Shown here: in pieces, positions 57,597 through 64,000 of the stretch | Position numbering within the stretch: position 1 is the stretch's first letter | Layout: the number at the start of each line of letters is the position of its first letter | Assembly (NCBI GenBank): GCA_016930415.1 | Contig: JAFGGS010000016.1 | Span: 70,817-134,816 of the forward strand | DNA length: 64,000 bases | Direction: 5' to 3' | Source of the DNA: Candidatus Woesearchaeota archaeon | GTDB lineage: Archaea > Nanobdellota > Nanobdellia > Woesearchaeales > SM23-78 | Made by a program: the position numbers and the translations under genes | The notes under the pieces: generated by a model | What the model was told of the DNA's origin: nothing | What the model saw: the letters and a program-made list of their open reading frames with translations, nothing else | Database searches by the model: none

Positions 57597-57959
57597 ATGC
57601 CAGAGATAATGCCCCAGGAGATAGCAGTGTGGTACCTCATACCCGCGATACGCAGAGAGCTATCAAAAGAGCTCATCAAGAAAGGCATCACCCAGAAGAA
57701 GATATCCAGGCTTCTCGGAGTGACCGAAGCTGCAGTCTCACAATACATCAAGAAAAAAAGGGCGGAAGGGCTCAAGTTCTCAAAGGCTGAACAGATCAAG
57801 ATCGAAAAGACAGCAACAAGCATACTAAAAGACGAGGCCAACTCAAGAAAGCAAATCTATAATCTCTCGCACGAGCTCATGGGCACCAAAGCAGTATGCA
57901 GGCTCCACAGGTCACATGACAAAACGCTCAAGAGCAACTGCACAATATGCTTCAGGTGA
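57597..57959 (+). CDS. small HTH (sigma-70 region-4/LuxR-like) DNA-binding protein with C-terminal Cys/His cluster, candidate SUF regulator
   Basis: ISRLLGVTEAAVSQYIKKKR HTH. The C terminus is CRLHRSHDK..CTICFR. The ATG at 57597 is used (the track start at 57558 is TTG). Confidence 0.5.
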   Translation: MPEIMPQEIAVWYLIPAIRRELSKELIKKGITQKKISRLLGVTEAAVSQYIKKKRAEGLKFSKAEQIKIEKTATSILKDEANSRKQIYNLSHELMGTKAVCRLHRSHDKTLKSNCTICFR

Positions 57960-57965
57960 ACAAGG

Positions 57966-58466
57966 ATGATAGGCATAATATCAGACACACACGACAACAT
58001 AGACAGCATAAGAAAAGCAGTCTCGATCTTCAAGACGCGAAAAGTCGAGTTCGTGATCCACTGCGGAGACATAATAGCTCCTGCAACTGTGAAGTACTTT
58101 GAAAGCCTGAAGATGAAGTTCATATTCGGAAACTGCGACGGAAACCGATCGCTAATCCTGAAACGAGTGGAAGAGATCAAAGGAGAGCACCACGGCAGAA
58201 TCATGGAGATCAAGCACCGAGGCAAGAGCATATGCGCAGTCCACGGCGACAACCAAGGCATATTCGAGAAAGCCCTAGGCCAAGGATATGATTACCTCCT
58301 CCACGGCCACACTCACATCCCAGAAGACAGGAAAATCAAGGACACGAGAGTGCTATGCCCTGGCGGTCACTACCTTGGAGACCCAAAAGAGAGGAACCAA
58401 GTCATAATCCTGGACTTAGAGAAAGACAATGTAGAGTTCATCAACGTAAACAGCGAGAAGGCCTAG
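57966..58466 (+). CDS. metallophosphoesterase (YfcE/MJ0936 family)
   Basis: ISDTHDN, GDI, GNCDG and GHTH motifs. Confidence 0.7.
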   Translation: MIGIISDTHDNIDSIRKAVSIFKTRKVEFVIHCGDIIAPATVKYFESLKMKFIFGNCDGNRSLILKRVEEIKGEHHGRIMEIKHRGKSICAVHGDNQGIFEKALGQGYDYLLHGHTHIPEDRKIKDTRVLCPGGHYLGDPKERNQVIILDLEKDNVEFINVNSEKA

Positions 58467-58472
58467 CCCGGA

Positions 58473-58904
58473 TCAACGGTCTAGGATGAACGAGAAGAAC
58501 GACTTCTTCTTAGGGGTGCGGTTAAAAAAAGTGATGATAGTATCCTTCTGGTCCAGGTACATCCGATTATCATCCTTCGCAAGCATCTTCCAATGGATCC
58601 ACCTGGAATCAGCCACAGAATCCCCCAGAAGCAAGTCACCATCTATCTTTCCGAAGTAATAGATGCTCCTGAAATGCTCAAGCTTGTTCTCCTCGAAGTA
58701 AGAAGACTTGTAATAGTCAAAACTGCTTATGCGGCACCTAAGCTGCTCGCTTATGCTCCTCATGAGCGCATCCTCATAACTCTCCCGCTCCTTAGGGGTG
58801 TCTCCTGGAAGCGACCACATATCATCACCAAGCTTCTTTATCAAGAGCACCTCTGAAGAATCGTTGAAGACGATCATGCAGACAGGAGTGACTATGTTCA
58901 TCAT
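58473..58904 (-). CDS. Nudix-fold protein with partly degenerate Nudix box
   Basis: VLLIKKLGDDMWSLPGDTPKERESYEDALMRSISEQL. The box reads RSISEQ where REUxEE is expected. Confidence 0.45.
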   Translation of the reverse strand: MMNIVTPVCMIVFNDSSEVLLIKKLGDDMWSLPGDTPKERESYEDALMRSISEQLRCRISSFDYYKSSYFEENKLEHFRSIYYFGKIDGDLLLGDSVADSRWIHWKMLAKDDNRMYLDQKDTIITFFNRTPKKKSFFSFILDR

Positions 58905-59012
58905 CCGGCTTCTGGCGCTCAGATTTTAAAAAGTTTGTCATGGGCAAGGCACGCCCCTGTCCGGACGTACACAAGGATAAGTTTTTTAAAGGGTTACACT
59001 CTCCCAAAAGCC

Positions 59013-59714
59013 ATGGTTAAAGGGATAATATTCGACTTTTGGGGAACACTAGTAGAGAACGGGATACATCCAAGCCCGGTCAACCAAGTGAAGTATATCT
59101 TGAGACTAAGAATGCCCTTCAAGGAGTTCGTCGTGCGCTTCGAAGAAGCCATGATGACCAGGGAATACGCAGACCTCAACGAGGCCTTCACAGCGGTTTG
59201 CGAGGAATTCAGGATTCCACCGAACAAGTACATCCTGGAGAGGCTTGTTGGCATGTGGAACAAGAACGAGTTCCTGGGAAAGCCGTTCTTCGAGGTCATA
59301 GATATTCTCGAATACCTCAAGAGCCAGGGACTCAAGATAGCCCTCATCTCAAACACCAACCCGACGATCATGAGGGTAATAGAGAAGTACAAGCTAGACC
59401 AATACTTCGACGCCCAGATACTCTCATACAAGGAGGGAAAGCTAAAGACCGATCCAGAGCTCTTCCAGAAAGCGCTAGGGGAGATAGGCCTGAAAGCAAA
59501 GGACGTCATCATGATAGGAGACTCGATCCAGACAGACATCATAGGCGCAAAGAATGCAGGCCTGCGAGCGATCCTCATAGACAGGATGAACAAGCGGGAC
59601 TACCAGCCGAAGATCAGGAACCTGCGAGAGCTAAAAGAGCTTGTCGAGAACGGAAAACTTGATGAGCACGCAAACCAGGAGCCAACCCTCAGAGAGGACC
59701 TGGCCAGAGAATGA
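59013..59714 (+). CDS. HAD-superfamily hydrolase (subfamily IA-like)
   Basis: Motif I FDFWGTL (DxD replaced by FDF), ISNTN, GDSIQTDIIGAKNAG. Start moved to the ATG at 59013. Confidence 0.6.
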   Translation: MVKGIIFDFWGTLVENGIHPSPVNQVKYILRLRMPFKEFVVRFEEAMMTREYADLNEAFTAVCEEFRIPPNKYILERLVGMWNKNEFLGKPFFEVIDILEYLKSQGLKIALISNTNPTIMRVIEKYKLDQYFDAQILSYKEGKLKTDPELFQKALGEIGLKAKDVIMIGDSIQTDIIGAKNAGLRAILIDRMNKRDYQPKIRNLRELKELVENGKLDEHANQEPTLREDLARE

Positions 59715-60124
59715 GTGACGACTGCATATTCTGCAAGATAATAAGAGGAGAGATACCTTCTTCAAAGATATACGAGGACAAGGATTTCTTCGCTTTTCTG
59801 GACATAAGGCCGATAAACAAGGGTCACTCGCTCATAATACCCAAGGTGCACTGCAAAGGCATACTGGACTTTCCGAGAGCAGAGGAGACAGACTTCCTGG
59901 AGGTCATCAAGAAGGTTGCAGGCGCAGTCGTGAAAGCAGTGGACGCCGATGGCTTCAACCTGGGGATGAACACGGGAGCCGCTGCAGGCCAGATAGTCTT
60001 CCACGCGCACATGCATATCATCCCTAGGTTCGAGGGCGACGGGCTTAAGAGCTGGCCACACAAGGAACTCTCCAGGGAAGAGATGGATGAGACCCACAAG
60101 AGAATACTCTCGGCACTCAAGTAA
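59711..60124 (+). CDS. HIT-family hydrolase (Hint-like), canonical histidine triad
   Basis: CIFCKII...QIVFHAHMHIIPR. Confidence 0.8.
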   Translation: MSDDCIFCKIIRGEIPSSKIYEDKDFFAFLDIRPINKGHSLIIPKVHCKGILDFPRAEETDFLEVIKKVAGAVVKAVDADGFNLGMNTGAAAGQIVFHAHMHIIPRFEGDGLKSWPHKELSREEMDETHKRILSALK

Positions 60125-60193
60125 TTCAAAGCCACCGCCTCTAGAAAAAACAGTAAGCTTTTTAAGAGGCTTGTTTTTCTTAACAATATTCGC

Positions 60194-60268
60194 GGCGTCG
60201 TAGCTCAGCCTGGTTAGAGCACAGGTCTCATAAGCCTGGGGTCGGGGGTTCAAATCTCCTCGACGCCA
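60194..60268 (+). tRNA. tRNA-Met(CAU) elongator type (or Ile2 if C34 is modified)
   Basis: GGCGUCG/CGACGCC acceptor, anticodon loop CUCAUAA, T loop UUCAAAU. There is no A1:U72 or 3xGC anticodon stem, so it is not the initiator. Confidence 0.8.
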
Positions 60269-60295
60269 TTGAACAAGGTTCAATGAGTTGAGGGT

Positions 60296-60329
60296 CCAGA
60301 AATCTTTAGGATTTCTCGAAGTCCTCGAC
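60296..60329 (+). repeat. hairpin CAGAAATC-TTTAG-GATTTCTC followed by TCCTCGAC (8-nt copy of the tRNA-Met 3' end)
   Basis: Same motif as downstream of tRNA-Ala. A TTGAAC-AAG-GTTCAA hairpin directly follows the tRNA. Confidence 0.3.
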
Positions 60330-60501
60330 ACTACTCTTTTTCTTTGATCTTTCTTTTAAACACAAAGCTGGAGCTTCGCCTTTATCGGAAAGAGCATCCG
60401 GCCAGGCGAAGAATGGAAGAGGAGGAAACAAGAAAATAAGAAAAGAAAAAGAGAAAGAGGAAAAAAATAAGAAAAGGAAATAATTTGGGAGTTCAAAAGC
60501 C

Positions 60502-61245
60502 TCACTTCTTCTTCGCGTGGGTCTTGAAGAACTCCAAGACCTCGACCGGCAAGGCCATCACGACAGTGTTGCTCGCAGTCGGCCCCAGGCCGTCTAGCGT
60601 CTGGAGCGTCCTTAGCTGCATCGCGCCTCCGCTCTTGGCCATGGTCTCTGCTGCCAGGGCAAGGTTTTTGGCTGCGTCGCGGTCTCCTTCGCTCTTGATT
60701 ATGTTGGCTCGCTTCTCACGCTCAGCAGCCGCCTGCCTGCTCATGATCTGCTTCAAGTCGTTTGGCACTTCTATGTCCTGGAGCTTTATGACCTGGACGT
60801 CTAATCCCCACTGGTCTGTCTCCTTGTCGACTATCACCCTTATCTCGTCGCCGATCTTCTGCCTCTCTGATAGGACAGTGTCTAGGCTCATGCCGCCGAT
60901 GACGTCCCGAAGCGCCGTCTGGGCGTACTGGGCGATCGCGTACTCGTAGTCCTGGACTTTCAATATGGCGTCCTCAGGCTTTATCACCCTGAAGAAGACC
61001 ACTCCGTTCACGTTCACAGGCACGTTGTCCAGGGTCATGACTTGCTGCTTATCGATGTCAATCGTCCGCACCCTCAAGTCGACCCTGGTCATCTGCTGGA
61101 TGACTGGGAAGACGAACCTAAGGCCTGCTGTTCGCATGCCTGTGAACCTTCCAAGCGTCAGGACGACTCCCTTCTCGTACTCCTTGAGCACGCGGATGCT
61201 TATAACTATCAAGAAAACTACTGCTCCGATAACATATCCCCACAT
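60502..61245 (-). CDS. SPFH/band-7 (stomatin/prohibitin-like) membrane protein
   Basis: N-terminal TM plus SPFH core. Start placed at the ATG at 61245, preceded by GAGGTGG. Confidence 0.7.
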   Translation of the reverse strand: MWGYVIGAVVFLIVISIRVLKEYEKGVVLTLGRFTGMRTAGLRFVFPVIQQMTRVDLRVRTIDIDKQQVMTLDNVPVNVNGVVFFRVIKPEDAILKVQDYEYAIAQYAQTALRDVIGGMSLDTVLSERQKIGDEIRVIVDKETDQWGLDVQVIKLQDIEVPNDLKQIMSRQAAAEREKRANIIKSEGDRDAAKNLALAAETMAKSGGAMQLRTLQTLDGLGPTASNTVVMALPVEVLEFFKTHAKKK

Positions 61246-61388
61246 GATGATACCACCTCTTTTAAGAGAAGCAAAGGCAAAGGGATATATAAAGATATCT
61301 GAAACCATTTCTCTTTGATTGTCAGAGAGCTCGTGTGAATCGTCTTGCCTCAGAAACATTTTTATAAAACAACAGCCTCAACAGATTA

Positions 61389-61775
61389 ATGAAATTCTAC
61401 GTCGCAGCCCCATTCTCGGAGAAGGAGAGAGTCAGAGAGATCCACACCCTCATCAAGAGGAAAGGCCATTCCTTGAGCAGCGACTGGACGCTCCATAAAC
61501 CCATAAAGCCTTATGACCAGAACGCAGAAACTAGCAAGGAGTACTCTGAGGAAGACGTCAAGGGTGCAATGGACTGCGACGTCTTCATAATCCTGACAAG
61601 TGAAAACAAGACTACAGGAAGCTATCTGGAACTTGGAGCCGCGATCTCCAGCAGCCTCATCCGCGAAAAGCCTAAGATCTACTGCGTCGGACCTCACTTT
61701 GCCGTCAGCATGATGAACTATCACCCAAGAATCATAAGGGTCCATTCCATATCAGATATTGAGGAACTTCGCTGA
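61389..61775 (+). CDS. nucleoside 2-deoxyribosyltransferase-like fold protein (hypothetical)
   Basis: MKFYVAAPF start and a Rossmann-like pattern. Weak. Confidence 0.35.
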   Translation: MKFYVAAPFSEKERVREIHTLIKRKGHSLSSDWTLHKPIKPYDQNAETSKEYSEEDVKGAMDCDVFIILTSENKTTGSYLELGAAISSSLIREKPKIYCVGPHFAVSMMNYHPRIIRVHSISDIEELR

Positions 61776-61799
61776 GAAAAACTAAGAGATGACAAGCGC

Positions 61800-63296
61800 T
61801 CAGTAGCTCTTGGCGACGTAGACAGTTTCTTTCGCAGGCTTGCCGCACACCGCGCACTTCTCGAATTTCGCGTCGTCCTTTCCGAATCTCTTGCCTCGGA
61901 CGAATGCCTGGGCTTCTTTCTCGATCTTCTCAGCGCACTTGGCGCCTTCAAGCTCTATCGAGCAGAATCCCGTGCAGGCCATCTTCTTGTCGTCGACGGC
62001 CGCTTTTATCTCGTCCATGGTGCTGCATTTGATTACGTAGTCCTTGAAGCCCGCGAGCTTCCTGCTCTTAAGCTTTTGGGTGTATTCCTTTGATTCCTTG
62101 GCTAGGAACTCCTCGAGCGCGTCTATCTTGACAGGGCTCTTGACGCCGGTGCTCCTGTTCACCACCACGGCCTGGCTTTTCTCAAGGTCTTTTGGCCCAA
62201 GCTCGATCCTGAAAGGGACTCCTTTTAGCTCCCACTCGTTGAACTTCTCGCCCGCGCTTACGTGATCCCGGTCGTCAAACTTGACAGAGTAGTGCTTTGA
62301 GAGCTTCTTCTCGATCTCTGCGCACTTCACCTTCACAGGGGTTCCTGAGTCCTTGAATATGATGGGCACGATCACTACCTGGACGGGAGATAGGTCAAAC
62401 GGGAGTATCAGGCCCTGGCTGTCTCCGAGGATCGCTATCATGGCGCCGTATATCCTGCTTATGGCTGGGCCGTAGCAGTTGATGTATCCTAGCTTCTCGC
62501 TGCCGTCCTTGTCCACGAATTTTACGCCAAAGGGCTTTGAGAAGTTGGTCCCCAGCATGTGCGTAGATGGCAGCTGGATGACTTTTCCAGAGTCCATGAG
62601 CGCGTCTGCCGCAAAGGTGTGGACTGCTCCTGGGAACTTGTCCCATTCAGGCCTTTGGAAGAATATGATGGGGATTGCGAACTCTTCCTCTATCATCTCG
62701 TAAGTGGTCTCCATGTCCTCTATTATCTGCTGGCGGGACTCTTCTTCTGTCGCAAAGACGTTGTGGGTCTCTATCCAGTGGAACTCCCTGGCTCTCAGGA
62801 ATGGCCTCGTGGCTTTTGTGCCTTCTGCCCGCCACACCTGGCAGGATTGGTATCTCTTGAACGGGAGGTCTGTGTAGCTCCTGATCCAGTAGCTGTACAT
62901 CCTGTAGAGCGCGGTCTCGCTCGTGGGCCTTAAGGCCAAGGGTTCTTGGAGCTTCTCTCCTGCCCCTACTTCAGTCACCCAGAAGACTTCTGGGGCGAAT
63001 CCAGCCACGTGGTCTGACTCGAGCTTGAAGTTGGATTCTGGTATGAGCGAGGGCATGATTAAGGGCAGGTGACCTTTCTTCTCTAGTATGCGCTCGTATT
63101 TCTCGTACATCTTCTTCATGGTGATCACGGCCCAGGGCATGTAGCAGACAAAGCCTTTTATGTTGTATCTTAAGTCTGCCAGCTCTGCTTTTTGGACGAG
63201 CTCAGAATACCATTCTGAGAAGTCTGCGTCTTTTGACACAGATATCCCTTTCGTGGTCTTCTTGGCCTCTGTCTTGTCGGTTTTCTTCTCGGACAT
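61800..63296 (-). CDS. proS: prolyl-tRNA synthetase (archaeal/eukaryal class II type)
   Basis: Class II motifs and a C-terminal zinc-binding CAVCGKP. The ATG at 63296 (MSEKKTDK) is chosen; the track ORF extends upstream from a non-ATG codon. Confidence 0.9.
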   Translation of the reverse strand: MSEKKTDKTEAKKTTKGISVSKDADFSEWYSELVQKAELADLRYNIKGFVCYMPWAVITMKKMYEKYERILEKKGHLPLIMPSLIPESNFKLESDHVAGFAPEVFWVTEVGAGEKLQEPLALRPTSETALYRMYSYWIRSYTDLPFKRYQSCQVWRAEGTKATRPFLRAREFHWIETHNVFATEEESRQQIIEDMETTYEMIEEEFAIPIIFFQRPEWDKFPGAVHTFAADALMDSGKVIQLPSTHMLGTNFSKPFGVKFVDKDGSEKLGYINCYGPAISRIYGAMIAILGDSQGLILPFDLSPVQVVIVPIIFKDSGTPVKVKCAEIEKKLSKHYSVKFDDRDHVSAGEKFNEWELKGVPFRIELGPKDLEKSQAVVVNRSTGVKSPVKIDALEEFLAKESKEYTQKLKSRKLAGFKDYVIKCSTMDEIKAAVDDKKMACTGFCSIELEGAKCAEKIEKEAQAFVRGKRFGKDDAKFEKCAVCGKPAKETVYVAKSY

Positions 63297-63606
63297 GGTT
63301 TTTAAGCATGCAAGACGCTTATTTAAAGGTTGCGAATCAGCTGCCGGAGCGGCGGGTCTTATGGTTGCAGGGGACTTTGAGCTCAACAAGAAGTTGTAAC
63401 TCCTCTTCAGTATACACTTATGGCGCAAAAGGACCGAAAGCTTTAAAAAGGGTATTTCCAAAAATAAGGTTAACGGTTTTTACAGCTTTGCAACGGTAAT
63501 ATAGAGAACGAGACAAAAAAAAGAGACGTCGTTTCGGGTCGCAGGGAAAAATCGTTCATAATAAGGCTAGAAACAGTAAGTTATACAATATTTGGGGGGA
63601 TTGGTA

Positions 63607-64000
63607 TGATAGACGCAGAGACTAGGCGCATATTTATGCTGGATGATGGTGTCCAGATAGAACGCCACGTAAGGATAATTGACAAGAGCTTTGTCTTCAC
63701 GGATGCCAAGGGAAAGGAGATCTCCAAGAAGATGAAGATAGATGAGAAACTAATCGAGCACGTGATCACAGAACTAGTAGGTGAGGAAGCAACTCCGATA
63801 ATCTTCTACCTGAGAGGCAAGAAGCAGATCTCAGAGTTCATAATCGCAGAGGAGCTAGACATGGAGATACACATGACAAGGAACCTCCTCTACAGGCTCT
63901 TAGAGTTCAACATAGTCTCCTTCCTTCGGAAGAAGGACAGGATCAAGGGATGGTACATCTGCTACTGGGACTTCAACGAGCACATGATACCCTACCTTGC
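63607..64000 (+). CDS. tfe: transcription factor E (TFE/TFIIE-alpha homolog), N-terminal part; continues beyond window
   Basis: MIDAETRRIFMLDDGVQIERHVRIIDKSF...ATPIIFYLRGKKQISEFIIAEELDMEIHMTRNLLYRLLEFNIVSFLRKKD...GWYICYW winged-helix pattern. It is absent from the ORF track because there is no stop in the window. Confidence 0.65.

Noticed and set aside
58935-59012. N-terminal 26-aa extension of the HAD hydrolase ORF (and similar TTG/GTG-extended starts at 1587, 15489, 33698, 51000, 57558, 61359, 63461)
   Set aside because: The extensions begin at non-ATG codons, lack RBS support and precede well-conserved N-termini that start at in-frame ATGs with purine-rich RBS. Starts were moved to the ATG.
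60395-60480. GA-rich tract as a possible coding low-complexity (Glu/Lys/Arg-rich) ORF
   Set aside because: There is no start codon or RBS context. It reads as stop-interrupted in all frames except a short one, and lies in the 3' region of two convergent transcription units.
63581-63769. 62-aa minus-strand ORF
   Set aside because: It overlaps the 5' end of the TFE gene on the opposite strand, and is hydrophobic low-complexity.
1-64000. CRISPR arrays, rRNA genes, transposases/integrases
   Set aside because: All intergenic gaps were read for regularly spaced direct repeats and none were found. No rRNA-like sequence, IS-type transposase or tyrosine/serine recombinase ORF was recognised.

Overview
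This 64-kb window is from an archaeal chromosome of about 49% GC with compact gene spacing. The archaeal assignment rests on aEF-1alpha, aEF-2, a thermosome subunit, the L7Ae-S28e-L24e-NDK and L21e-RpoF-DUF655 clusters, L39e/L31e/L15e/S19e, TFE, and tRNAs carrying archaeal-type introns. Most of the window is core housekeeping: ileS, gltX, proS, tuf, fusA, about 12 ribosomal proteins, the SUF Fe-S operon (sufB-D-S-U-C), trxB-trx, tpiA, ndk, cysE, a YchF-like GTPase and a TtuA/NcsA-type tRNA thiolase. Accessory loci lie between these. They include a type IV pilin-like cluster (three DUF361-type pilin paralogs, a Cys-rich lipobox protein and a small membrane protein) with a PibD-like prepilin peptidase 14 kb away, and a bacterial-type lgt next to a lipobox protein. 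They also include two tandem HIT paralogs that have lost the nucleophilic histidine, and a cis-prenyltransferase homolog lacking catalytic residues. Further accessory loci are a MEDS-domain operon, an HTH regulator divergent from two unknown genes, a HemK-like methyltransferase fused to a Bud32/RIO-like kinase domain, and a partial RelA/SpoT (small alarmone synthetase-like) gene at the window edge. The non-coding content includes five tRNAs: Lys(CUU) with two introns (one in the T-loop), and Glu and Ser with anticodon-loop introns. A hairpin motif CAGARATC..GATTTCTG followed by a partial copy of the tRNA 3' end recurs downstream of several tRNA genes. There is a 110-nt highly structured element bounded by perfect 15-bp inverted repeats, and a tandem pair of 14-bp perfect palindromes between sufB and a divergent HTH/Cys-His regulator gene. 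A 56-aa histone-fold ORF is missing from the ORF track because it is under 60 aa. No CRISPR array, rRNA, transposase or integrase was seen. The candidates for an undescribed system are the HTH-plus-two-unknowns module (45.2-47.5 kb), the MEDS/low-complexity operon (43.4-45.0 kb), the pseudo-HIT pair, and the tRNA-associated repeats. All functional calls come from reading motifs in the sequence by eye, and none was checked against a database.
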